64,000 nt of DNA. Origin: a bacterium (GTDB lineage Bacteria > UBA8248). Every line of letters starts with the position of its first letter. Within the stretch, counting starts at the first letter, position 1. The DNA is taken from positions 640,001-704,000 of the forward strand of contig CBDBBI010000010.1 of NCBI GenBank assembly GCA_965202625.1, given 5' to 3'. A program made the position numbers and the translations under genes. Shown here piece by piece: positions 50,638-59,699 of the stretch. Under the pieces are notes generated by a model that ran no database searches, had not been told where the DNA came from, and saw nothing but the letters and a program-made list of their open reading frames with translations.

Positions 50638-51267
50638 GTGATTTATGAAATTCGCACCTACACGTTCACTATTGGCGGCGCTCCTGAGGCCGTGCGGGAT
50701 TTTGGGAAGATTATCGAAGCGAGGGTGAAAATATCTCCTTTAGTGGGTTTCTTTCTCTCTGCCATCGGAGAGCTGAACAGAATCCTCCACATCTGGGAAT
50801 ATGAGAATTCAGCCCACAGGGAGGAGGCGCGCGCGGAAGCTCTCAGCCAGACATGGTGGCCTCCCCTTTCCGTAGACAAAATCCTCCATCAGCAAACAAA
50901 GTTGATGCGCCCTGTGCCGTTTCTCCTAGAACCGCGCACTGGAACGCTGGGGGGCGTCTATGAGATTCGCAGCGATCTCACCCTCACGGGAAAAATGGGC
51001 GAAATCTGCGAGGCTTGGAAGAAAAATCTGCCCGAAAGAGAGCGAATCTCCCCCTTGGCGGCCGCTTTTTCAAATCAAGCGGGGGCGTTTGAGTCCGGCA
51101 CCTTGAACGAGTTCTTGCACATCTGGCCCTACCGAGACTTGAACCACTGGATGGAAGTGCAACAAAAAGCCAGCAAGTTAGCCGGATGGAGAGACGATTA
51201 CGAGCCTTTCTTGAGAAGTGAGACCTCGGAAATTTGGTGCCCCGTGGATTATTCACCCATGAGATGA
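50638..51267 (+). CDS. NIPSNAP family protein (two domains)
   Basis: IYEIRTY, IGELN..LHIW.Y repeated, YSPMR terminus. Confidence 0.9.
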   Translation: MIYEIRTYTFTIGGAPEAVRDFGKIIEARVKISPLVGFFLSAIGELNRILHIWEYENSAHREEARAEALSQTWWPPLSVDKILHQQTKLMRPVPFLLEPRTGTLGGVYEIRSDLTLTGKMGEICEAWKKNLPERERISPLAAAFSNQAGAFESGTLNEFLHIWPYRDLNHWMEVQQKASKLAGWRDDYEPFLRSETSEIWCPVDYSPMR

Positions 51268-51342
51268 TGGAGCGGGAAACGGGATTTGAACCCGCGACCC
51301 CAACGTTGGCAACGTTGTGCTCTACCACTGAGCTATTCCCGC
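51268..51342 (-). tRNA. tRNA-Gly (GCC)
   Basis: GCGGGAATAGCTCAGTGGTAGAGCACAACGTT-GCC-AACGTTGGGGTCGCGGGTTCAAATCCCGTTTCCCGCTCCA; full cloverleaf with encoded CCA. Confidence 0.98.
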
Positions 51343-51358
51343 CAGACACCTATTCGAG

Positions 51359-51387
51359 AGCATCGCCGAACTACGCGCAAGAGTCAA
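51359..51387 (-). promoter_or_regulatory. Putative sigma70 promoter of tRNA-Gly
   Basis: TTGACT-17 nt-GATGCT upstream of the tRNA. Confidence 0.45.
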
Positions 51388-51398
51388 GAGGAAGCTCG

Positions 51399-52148
51399 TC
51401 AATCCCCGGGCTTGCGAGCGTGAATGCGAACTGAGATGACGGGGCGAAACGATGTGTGATCCGAAATTTCCACTTGCCCAAAACCCGCATCCATGAGGAG
51501 AGACTCCCATTCCCGTTCTTCGCATACGCCGCCGAGCGAAGCGTTCCACGCCTGGGGATCCTGGGCGATTTCGACAGGCAACGCCCCATCGCTAATCAAC
51601 TCACGAGCCACTAGGAGGCCGTTCGGCTTCAATATCCGATAGGCCTCTCCCAACGCTTTCTTCTTGTTCACGGTGAGATTAAACGAGGCGTTGGCCAGCA
51701 CGAGGTCGGCGACGCCGTCCCCAATGGGCAGATTCTCCATGTCGCCGGCCAGAAGACGCGCACCTGGTTCCTGAACGTCCATAAACGCCTCCCGGACGCG
51801 GCAGAGCATCTGAACGGCGAAGTCTAAGGCGAACAGCCTCGCACCATTCTCCAGTTGCTCGTGCGCGAAGCGCGCATCAAGGCCCGCACCGCACCCGAGT
51901 TCAACGGTTGTTCGCATCCCCGCCAAGTCAACCCCCTCAAGCAGATGCCCGCAACCACAATAAGAGGACGCAACCCGCCTCGGAAGACTGGCGACAAACG
52001 CTGTGGGATAACCCACTCCCCGCGCTCGATCCGCCCCGCCTTCGGGAAACGCATCCGTCGCCGCTAAATGGGCATAGCGTTTTCTCACGAAGGTCTTGAC
52101 CTGCTCCTCCCAAGTCTGCGGTTTGCTTCCATGGACGTATACGGGCAT
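51399..52148 (-). CDS. SAM-dependent methyltransferase, ArsM-like
   Basis: ELGCGAGLD, GDMENLP, EAYRILKPNG; SYCGCG upstream of motif I. Confidence 0.85.
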   Translation of the reverse strand: MPVYVHGSKPQTWEEQVKTFVRKRYAHLAATDAFPEGGADRARGVGYPTAFVASLPRRVASSYCGCGHLLEGVDLAGMRTTVELGCGAGLDARFAHEQLENGARLFALDFAVQMLCRVREAFMDVQEPGARLLAGDMENLPIGDGVADLVLANASFNLTVNKKKALGEAYRILKPNGLLVARELISDGALPVEIAQDPQAWNASLGGVCEEREWESLLMDAGFGQVEISDHTSFRPVISVRIHARKPGD

Positions 52149-52155
52149 TGGGGGA

Positions 52156-52908
52156 TTAGTGAGGCATATGGGCGGGATTCCAGAATTCTCCCGTCCTCAC
52201 CATTTTGGCGATGCGCTCGCCGTGCGGCAACCAGCCGTTCTCGTTCTTCTTCGCCTGGGTTTCGCAGTCGTATTCCACGCGCTTCGTCTCTACGCGCCAT
52301 TCACCGCCACCCTCATATTCTACGACCGAATAGACAGGTCGATAGTCGCCGTCCCAGTTCATGCCCACAGCAGCGGTGCACACTAGGGTCTGCCCGTCCA
52401 CCTCTCGAACGTAGGGGCCGTGCACGTGACCAAAAGCCATGATCTCCGCATCCGTCCCCTGTATCTTCTCCTTCACTTCCGCATCCGTGTATCTCAAGGG
52501 AATCGCATCTTCTATGTCATCCGGCGTGGCGTGGAAGATGAAAAAATCGTGCCCCTTCTCCGGCGTGATCGTCATCGACCATATCAGACTGTCGAGATAG
52601 GCGATCTGCTCGGCGGAGAGTCGCTCCCGGGTCATCTTCACCATCTCGTAAAGCCACACGTGGTGCTCATTCTTGGGCGGATCCGTCTCGTCTTTTCGCT
52701 TCGACACCCACCAGTCGAGATTTCCAGCGAGCACATCCACGTCCTTGCGCCCCATGAAGCGATCCACGACCTCGGCTGGCTCCGGGCCGAGCATGACCAA
52801 ATCGCCAATCACGATCTCCCTGTCCGCGTTTTCCCTCGCCACAGCCTCCTGGACGGCGTCCAAAGGCGCAAGCTGAGCGTGAATGTCTGAGTACAGAACT
52901 ATCTTCAC
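52156..52908 (-). CDS. Metallophosphoesterase family protein (YfcE-like)
   Basis: SDIH, GDLV, GNLD, FHATP, FGHVH; RVEYD. Confidence 0.88.
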   Translation of the reverse strand: MKIVLYSDIHAQLAPLDAVQEAVARENADREIVIGDLVMLGPEPAEVVDRFMGRKDVDVLAGNLDWWVSKRKDETDPPKNEHHVWLYEMVKMTRERLSAEQIAYLDSLIWSMTITPEKGHDFFIFHATPDDIEDAIPLRYTDAEVKEKIQGTDAEIMAFGHVHGPYVREVDGQTLVCTAAVGMNWDGDYRPVYSVVEYEGGGEWRVETKRVEYDCETQAKKNENGWLPHGERIAKMVRTGEFWNPAHMPH

Positions 52909-52989
52909 TTCAAAACCCCCTGTTCAGCGCTAAAAAGAATGCCCACGCGCTTCAAAGAGACGAAGCGGACCTCAAGTCCAGCGCACTCA

Positions 52990-53290
52990 AGGACCCATCT
53001 ATCTCGACTCTCCTTGCTCTTTTGCCGTTGCAGAGACGAAAGGGCTCAAAAACCCCATTTCTTCATGGAGCGCGAGAGGGCACGGTGCGCCGCACGACGC
53101 GTCCGATTACGTGCAAAACCAGCCCCTCCTCCCCTCGACCTCGAAGCGCTCGTCAGCATCGAGAGGATAGATAGCATCTTATAGAGTCCTCTGAGCATAA
53201 TTCAGCTCCTCTCCCGCTTCATCGCCGCGTAGAGCATCCTCCCCGCATCGGCGACGTGAAATATCTCAAGATTCGCAAATCTTCCGCACA
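52990..53290 (-). pseudogene. Possible GNAT acetyltransferase remnant
   Basis: Fragments RGLYKML and PLALHEEMGF on the minus strand between co-oriented genes; heavily decayed, boundaries approximate. Confidence 0.3.
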
Positions 53291-53330
53291 CTTCCAACTT
53301 AAAAAGCTGCCTGCCCCGGCTATGAATCCC

Positions 53331-54344
53331 TTAAATTTTCCCGGCTCTTGAGAGTGCCGCTTTCGTCACGCTGGTGTCAACGATATCCTCATAAGAGGGG
53401 ATGTCGCCCTTAATCTTTCCGAGCCGCTTCATGTAGTTAGCAGTGAAAGAAATCGAGTTTGCGGGAATGCCGTTGTTGACACCCCATATCCTCTCTTTCA
53501 CGAAAATATCGTACGTTTTCGACATCACATCCGGGTTCTTCTTGTAGACGGGACGCACCCATTTGGTCGCCGATTTGATGTAGCCCGCCTTATCCTTGTA
53601 GATGGAGCGCGTGGACTGCATCATAGCCATCGCAAAGCGCACATAGGCGCTTTTGTTCGCTTTGATTTTCGACGAGGGCGCAATAAATGCCCCGTAGAAG
53701 AAATTCGGCATTGCTTTCCACAGGTCCATCAGTTTGTTGAAGTTGGGCTTGTTCTTCTTCACCACGAGCACCTGTTCTACGTGAATCACGACAGCATCAG
53801 CCTTTCCCTTCAACAGAAAGGGAACGCGCGCCGGCGGCGGGGTCTTAATGTATTTTACGTCCTTGTCGCTTAAGCCCGCCGTCTCTAGTACGGCGAGCGC
53901 CCCGATGTGGCTGTATCCGCCGCGGCCCTCAATCCCGATGGTGCGGCCCTTCAAGTCAGAGGGCCGCTTGACCTTATCGTTCGCAGCCATCTGCGCCTCG
54001 TTCAAGTAGGCCATAGAGTGGAAAAACTTCATGCCGCTACCCTTGGTGATACCCACCATCGCAATCGGCGCGGGCACCCAGGCGGCGTCCAATCCGCTCT
54101 TTTTGCTCGTTATCGCCCGATGCGTAGCGACGCCACCACGGAAGAATTTCACCTGAACGTCCAGGCCGTGCTTCTCGAAAATCTTGTTGTCGAGCGCATA
54201 AAAAACCGGCAAATGGACCATGACCGGCGGGCGTACGGGCATTCCAAGCAATATCTTGTCCGCGGCCATGGACGGCACCGGCGCCTTCAGCGCCGCTCCG
54301 GCGAGAAGAATTGCCGCACCCAATCCCATCAGCACCTTTTTCAT
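53331..54344 (-). CDS. NitT/TauT family ABC transporter substrate-binding protein
   Basis: Signal peptide, FEKHGLDV, DLKGRTIG, LL.GKADA. Confidence 0.88.
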   Translation of the reverse strand: MKKVLMGLGAAILLAGAALKAPVPSMAADKILLGMPVRPPVMVHLPVFYALDNKIFEKHGLDVQVKFFRGGVATHRAITSKKSGLDAAWVPAPIAMVGITKGSGMKFFHSMAYLNEAQMAANDKVKRPSDLKGRTIGIEGRGGYSHIGALAVLETAGLSDKDVKYIKTPPPARVPFLLKGKADAVVIHVEQVLVVKKNKPNFNKLMDLWKAMPNFFYGAFIAPSSKIKANKSAYVRFAMAMMQSTRSIYKDKAGYIKSATKWVRPVYKKNPDVMSKTYDIFVKERIWGVNNGIPANSISFTANYMKRLGKIKGDIPSYEDIVDTSVTKAALSRAGKI

Positions 54345-54399
54345 CTTCCTCTCCTCGTTAAAATGGAAATTTAACTCCTCTCATAAAACATCAACGCTA

Positions 54400-55224
54400 T
54401 CAAAAAGTTTGCTGCACCCTCCAAGATGAGAACTTCCTCTCGCAAATGGCGACTATTTTTGTTAAGGCGATGCCAACTATCATCAATAAGACAACGGGCG
54501 CCAGCCCCTTGTCCAGATCCAAGTCACCGATATAGTCTTGGCTGAGAGCGCCAAGGCCGGAGATACTCATCAAAAATTCCGCGACGACCATCCCAACCAG
54601 CGCGCGCCCGCACGCGAGTCCGAGACCCGCGACGAGGTACGGGACCACGCTCGGGAAGATGAGATCCCGCCAGCGCTGGCTCTCGGTGGAGCAAAAAGAG
54701 CGCGTCACCTCCAGAAGCGAGGCGTCCACGTTCCGGACGCCGTGATAGACGTTCACGATGACCGGCATGATGGCGAAGAAAACCACGATAGTCGTCTTAC
54801 CGACGAAATCAACTCCGAGCACCATTGCGATCGGAAACGCCAGCGCCACCACAGGCGTGGCATAAAGCGCGAACACGTAAGTGTCCACGGCGTATTCAAA
54901 AGTTTGGAAACGACCCATGAGAATTCCCAGAACAATCCCGAATGGAATGGCGATGAGGAGTCCCGCCACCAGAATTTGCGAGCTCTCATAACCGGCGGCC
55001 AGCATCTTGCCGTTCACGAGCAGCTGCCAAAAAGCGATGGATATGGCACTAGGATAGCTGAACGTGACCGGATCGATGTTTCCGGTCTGCCCCATTAGCT
55101 CCCAGCCTCCAATGACGACCAACAAGGATATCAGGCGCACATATATGGCGGGTTGCTTGACGCGTGCCCAAAGCGCGCTCCCCTCCGTCAATGCACCTGT
55201 CACTGTCGGGGCATCTGTGGCCAA
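54400..55224 (-). CDS. NitT/TauT family ABC transporter permease
   Basis: PSAI, GILMG, TPVVAL, GVRNVD..LLE, GMVVAEF. Confidence 0.9.
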   Translation of the reverse strand: MATDAPTVTGALTEGSALWARVKQPAIYVRLISLLVVIGGWELMGQTGNIDPVTFSYPSAISIAFWQLLVNGKMLAAGYESSQILVAGLLIAIPFGIVLGILMGRFQTFEYAVDTYVFALYATPVVALAFPIAMVLGVDFVGKTTIVVFFAIMPVIVNVYHGVRNVDASLLEVTRSFCSTESQRWRDLIFPSVVPYLVAGLGLACGRALVGMVVAEFLMSISGLGALSQDYIGDLDLDKGLAPVVLLMIVGIALTKIVAICERKFSSWRVQQTF

Positions 55225-55238
55225 AGGTTTGGAACCTC

Positions 55239-56048
55239 CTATCCGACGCTCAGTTCAGGAATGGGGTCCGGCTCTTTTTCCGGGTTGCGCATCATCTCCC
55301 ACAAATAATGGCGTAACGCTTGAAAGCGCTTGCCGCCCCGGATTTCCTCGAGGTCTCGGCTGCGGCCGAACCCGGTGTCAAACCGAAAGCGTATTTTTCC
55401 GGGCCGCGGAGTCATCACCAGGACGCGATCTCCGAGCAGCAAAGCCTCGTCGATGCTGTGGGTGATGAATATCATGGCCTTCGGCTCGGCGTCGTTGATG
55501 CGCAGCAGCTCCTCCTGCAAGGTCTCCCGCGTGAGTGCGTCGAGAGCACCAAAAGGCTCATCCATAAGCAGAACGTCGGGCTGCGCGGCGAGTGCCCTCG
55601 CCAACCCCGCTCTTTGCTGCATCCCGCCCGACAGCTGCGCCGGGTAGTTTTCCTCGAATCCACCCAGACCCACCAAACTCGTGTAATGTCCCACCAACCT
55701 GTCGATCTCGCTCTGCTCCTTACCCTGTATTCGCAGGGCGTAGCCGATGTTCTGATCCAGGCGTTTCCAGGGGAAAAGGCCAAAATTCTGAAAAACCATG
55801 GCCATCTCCGGCCTCGGGCCGCGCACCGCCTCTCCTTTGAAGGATATCTGGCCCCGCTCACAAAGAATGAGGCCATTCACGATGCGAAGAAGCGTAGTCT
55901 TCCCGCATCCGCTAGGGCCTAGGATCGTCAGAATCTCGCGCGTATTCACGTCAATGTCGATTCCATCCAGCACCTTGAGGGAGCCAAACCATTTTTGGAC
56001 TCCCTCGAGTCGCAATGTCGGGTTCGCGCCGTTATCAATTGGTGGCAT
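55239..56048 (-). CDS. NitT/TauT family ABC transporter ATP-binding protein
   Basis: GPSGCGKT, LSGGMQQR, MDEPFGALDALTRE, THSIDEA; start placed at ATG 56048. Confidence 0.92.
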   Translation of the reverse strand: MPPIDNGANPTLRLEGVQKWFGSLKVLDGIDIDVNTREILTILGPSGCGKTTLLRIVNGLILCERGQISFKGEAVRGPRPEMAMVFQNFGLFPWKRLDQNIGYALRIQGKEQSEIDRLVGHYTSLVGLGGFEENYPAQLSGGMQQRAGLARALAAQPDVLLMDEPFGALDALTRETLQEELLRINDAEPKAMIFITHSIDEALLLGDRVLVMTPRPGKIRFRFDTGFGRSRDLEEIRGGKRFQALRHYLWEMMRNPEKEPDPIPELSVG

Positions 56049-56206
56049 GGATGCACGCATTCCTATCAAGAAAGAGCGGCTCGACCGCAACCCAAGAGCG
56101 GACAAAACCCATCAAGAAAATTACGCCCCCTCGTCCCTTAAACTCTATGCGATAGAATATAGGGTAGCATCGTTCCAAGGGGGTAGCAAATACGGAATTT
56201 TCATTC

Positions 56207-56593
56207 CTACCCGAGGACGGCCACAGCTTGTATTTCGACCATCATTTCCGGCCTGGCGAAACCCGCCACCGTAATGAGAGCGCTGGCGGGATATCCATCC
56301 GCAAAATACGCCTTGCGTAACTCGACGAACTTATCCCCGTGTCTTGCGTCAAGGACGAATACCGTCATCGTCACAATATCCCCTAGCGTCCCACCCGCCC
56401 TTTTTAAAATTCTCTCAATCCGGCGAAACGAGGCGCGCACCTGGGCTTCAAAGTCGCCCGCCAGGACATTTTCCCCTTCATCACGCCACACCCCCACGCC
56501 AGCTAACCATATCTGCTCGCCCCCTTTCGTCTTTACAGCGGGGGAGAACGAGCGTTCCTCCTGCCAGGCGCCCCGAAAGTATTCACGTGTCAT
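56207..56593 (-). CDS. RidA family protein
   Basis: DFEAQVR, AGGTLGDIV, YPASALITV, MVEIQAVAV; start placed at ATG 56593. Confidence 0.85.
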   Translation of the reverse strand: MTREYFRGAWQEERSFSPAVKTKGGEQIWLAGVGVWRDEGENVLAGDFEAQVRASFRRIERILKRAGGTLGDIVTMTVFVLDARHGDKFVELRKAYFADGYPASALITVAGFARPEMMVEIQAVAVLG

Positions 56594-57821
56594 TTGGCAC
56601 TCTCCTCTGATGGTCGTCCTCCTCCTTCTTCTTTCCGCCCAATCGCGCCGACGCCAAGACGGCCAGCCAACCCATGATCGCGAAACAGAAATAGCTCGCA
56701 TCCAGCCCCATTCGCTCGGCAACCCACCCGCCAAGAAGCGGTGCGAGAAAACTCAAGCCATGACAAGAGTAAATAAAACCAACGGATGAGGTCAAAATGT
56801 CGTTTGCCGAGAAATCGACCGCTGCGGTGAGAATGATCGGGCTTACGAAACCGACGACGCCAGTCAAAGCTGCCAGAAGAAGCAAGCCTGTTCGCCATTC
56901 TATGAATGGTGTGACGAAAACAAAGGACCCCAGCAGCAATAGGGGCCAGAACAAGGCGGCGCGTGCACCCCAGCGGTCATACAGAATTCCCATAAGGGGC
57001 TTGGACAGCATCCCGAACCCGAAATGAAGCGATACAGCCACTCCAATCTGCGCCGTGCTCATCCCCAATTTCGATGTCGCCAAGAGAGGAAGGAAGCCTA
57101 TCATGCCCTTGATGCACATGCTCCTTAGCGTATAGGTTACCGCCAGCCATACCGTGTTCTTGTTCGCAACGACCCGTCGGACGATGATGCCAATTCCCAA
57201 ATCCGGGTTTTTCCCTCTCCTGTCTCGTTTTGGACGCTTCTTTTCACCAAAACGAACTCCCACCAACGGCAAAAGAAGGACCGCGAGCGCAGCGCAGGCG
57301 GCGAGTGCGGCGCGCCAACCCGCCATGGCCGCTATGCCCGCCTGCACCAGTGGGATAACGCTGGTGCCTGCGTTGCCACCCAGGCTGTGCCATGAGATGG
57401 CGAACGCGCGGTCGCGCTCGAAACGGCGGGCCGTCAGCGCTGTTCCACAAGGATGATAGACTGAATTTCCCGCCCCGGCGAAAAACGACAAGACGCCGAG
57501 TGCCCAAAAGCGGCTCGCCCAGATCATGGCGATGAAAGACACTGCGGAAACGCTCATACCCACCAGCAAAATTTGTTTTCTTCTGCCCGTGTTGTCCGCC
57601 AATATGGAGAGGGGATATTGAAAAATCATCGCGCCTAGACTAACGGAGCTAAGCAGGGCGCCCGCTTCAAAGGGCGATAGGTTCATGTCTGCAATGATGA
57701 GCGCAAGAACCGGCACCAGCATGTTGCTGAACCCATCACTCAATCCATGGGTCATGCCAATCAGGCTCAAATCAAAATAATCGCCGAGCCCCCAGCGAGG
57801 TTTTCGCTCGTGACGGGTCAT
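56583..57821 (-). CDS. MFS transporter (Fsr-like)
   Basis: HGLSDG, LAD.TGRR, GNSVYHP, H..GGNAG, YDRWG; ATGA overlap with the upstream peptidase. Confidence 0.88.
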   Translation of the reverse strand: MTRHERKPRWGLGDYFDLSLIGMTHGLSDGFSNMLVPVLALIIADMNLSPFEAGALLSSVSLGAMIFQYPLSILADNTGRRKQILLVGMSVSAVSFIAMIWASRFWALGVLSFFAGAGNSVYHPCGTALTARRFERDRAFAISWHSLGGNAGTSVIPLVQAGIAAMAGWRAALAACAALAVLLLPLVGVRFGEKKRPKRDRRGKNPDLGIGIIVRRVVANKNTVWLAVTYTLRSMCIKGMIGFLPLLATSKLGMSTAQIGVAVSLHFGFGMLSKPLMGILYDRWGARAALFWPLLLLGSFVFVTPFIEWRTGLLLLAALTGVVGFVSPIILTAAVDFSANDILTSSVGFIYSCHGLSFLAPLLGGWVAERMGLDASYFCFAIMGWLAVLASARLGGKKKEEDDHQRRVPNDT

Positions 57822-58798
57822 GGCGATGAAGGTATATCTCGCCAGGCGGGTACGACTCCCCTGCCGTCGGCCAACATGACCGCGCGGCAAATCGCATGGC
57901 CGGTGGCAGCCATCGCGGCTGCGCCGAGAACGTCGAGCGACTCCTCGCGCTCCCCGTGGGAGAGGGCGAATACCATGTCGCCATCTACCGTCGTATAGCA
58001 AGGGCGAACCACGCGAATGAGCCCATTCGCCGCCAACTGGGCGAGCTTGTGCGTTTGCGGTTTCGTCAACTTAGCGTCCGTCGCCACGACAACCAGCGTC
58101 GTGTTCGCAGAAACGCCCGAGAACCCCTCGAACGGCCTCCCCCGGATACGCAAATACGCTTCGGTATCCACCAAGCCCCGCTCGGGCGGCACTGCCCTAG
58201 GTCCCGCTATGAGGTTGCCCGTCGCCGGGTCATGCACGCCCCCGAAGGCGTTTACCACGGCGACTGCCCCCACCACACCGCCTTTAGGCAGCTCCACGCT
58301 CGCCGTTCCAAAACCTCCCTTCATGGCGCGATCAAGCCCCAGCAATTTCCCGACGGTCGCCCCTGCACCCGCTCCTACACTCCCCTGTGGGCCTTCAGTG
58401 TCCAAAGCCGCCTCGCACGCGGCGCGTCCCATCACGGCGTCCGGACGCACCCGCCCGTCCCCGAAATGCAAATCGAACAGAACGCCGGCAGCCACCGTGG
58501 GTACGCGAAAACGTCCGGCGAAAAACCCCCTGCCCTTCTCCTCCAAGAAAGACATGACGCCATCGGCCGCGGCGAGACCGAACGCGCTTCCCCCCGTCAG
58601 AACGATCGCATCCACGTTACCCACGAGGTGTTCCGAGCGAAGAGCGTCCAACCCGCGCGAGGCCGTCGCCGTGCCGCGCAACTCGCATGCGCCAACGGTT
58701 CCCGGGGGGCAAAACACCACGGAAACACCCGTCCCGGCTTGCTCATCCTGCGCGTGTCCCAAGCGAAAACCCGAGACGTCCGTGATACAGCCTTTCAT
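57818..58798 (-). CDS. P1/S58 family peptidase (DmpA-like)
   Basis: ITDV.G..LGHA, LTGGSAFGL, GAGAGA, VNAFG, NTTL.VVATDA, DGD.VF. Confidence 0.92.
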   Translation of the reverse strand: MKGCITDVSGFRLGHAQDEQAGTGVSVVFCPPGTVGACELRGTATASRGLDALRSEHLVGNVDAIVLTGGSAFGLAAADGVMSFLEEKGRGFFAGRFRVPTVAAGVLFDLHFGDGRVRPDAVMGRAACEAALDTEGPQGSVGAGAGATVGKLLGLDRAMKGGFGTASVELPKGGVVGAVAVVNAFGGVHDPATGNLIAGPRAVPPERGLVDTEAYLRIRGRPFEGFSGVSANTTLVVVATDAKLTKPQTHKLAQLAANGLIRVVRPCYTTVDGDMVFALSHGEREESLDVLGAAAMAATGHAICRAVMLADGRGVVPAWRDIPSSP

Positions 58799-58858
58799 GT
58801 AGGCGAGATTCAGATGGAGAACTCCTCAGTCGTCTTTCCGGCGCGCGTCCGTCATTTT

Positions 58859-59527
58859 TCAATCCGGCATGGTGGGTTCGGCATACGCCCGGCCAGGAAG
58901 TTCGCCGGTCTCCAGAACACTGTTGATGACGCGTCGATATTGTTCAACCGGTACTGCGCCCACGAGAACCGCCCTGTCATTCACCACGACGGACGGGATG
59001 CCCGTGATGCCCATGGTCGTGGCCTCGGCGTATTCCTTGAGTGCTTTTTGCCTCAAACCCCCGCTTTCGAGGGCGTCGTGGAATCTATCCATGTCCAGGC
59101 CGCTTTCCTTCGCCACGTCGTGGACGACTTCCTTGTCCGAGATATTGCGGTTTTCAGTGAAAAAAGCGACCAACAAATTGTCATGAAACCTGTCCCACGC
59201 CTCCGCTCCCTGGAATCTCGCGGCGAGGCCGGCTTCCGCCGAGGGCATGGAGCAGTTCGGAAATTCCTCCTCGTTATTCTCCCACATCGTGAAGTCTCCG
59301 GAATCCAGATGGGCGTTCGCGTTTCTCCAGTTGTTTTTGCGATAATCGTTGAACACCGTCGACGGGTCGGGCGCGGGTCTGAGCATGAAAACCCGATACT
59401 GAATGTCCACCTTCTCCCTATATTCCTCCTTGATCTTCTTCAGACGCACGGCCGAATTGAAGCACCAAGGTCACAAAAAATCGCTGTACACCGTGAAGCG
59501 CACAGGCGCGTTGGCGTTATTATTCAT
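58859..59527 (-). CDS. DsbA/FrnE-like thioredoxin-fold selenoprotein (Sec at TGA 59471-59473)
   Basis: AAGGAG RBS, then MNNNANAPVRFTVYSDFL-TGA-PWCFNSAVRL in frame with ORF 58859-59449; matches the family motif SD.xCPWC; cis-Pro GITGIP and GA..VE motifs. Confidence 0.9.
59428..59470 (-). promoter_or_regulatory. Putative bacterial SECIS element of the DsbA-like gene
   Basis: CCUUGGU/AUCAAGG and CUUCA/UGAAG stems enclosing CG-GCCGUG-CG, +1 to +43 after the UGA. Confidence 0.6.
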
Positions 59528-59699
59528 CTCGTCTCTCCTTTGCCTCCGCCATCAACTGGAATGCCTCTGTTCCAAGAGCTCGGATTCTGGGATAAGGCAG
59601 TAAAAAGCGTGGACGCCAAAGTTCTCGCCTTCATCGCTTGGCGCCGATCTCGCCCAGGGACGCGCTTCCCCTCCCTCTTCGATTCTTGTTCCCTCCACT

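Noticed and set aside
51268-51290. tRNA-Gly as an att site of an integrated island
   Set aside because: No integrase and only chance-level (about 9 nt) matches to the tRNA 3' end elsewhere in the window.
50984-51434. ORFs overlapping the tRNA (50984-51349 minus, 51234-51434 plus)
   Set aside because: Translations of the tRNA-Gly sequence and of the NIPSNAP antisense strand.
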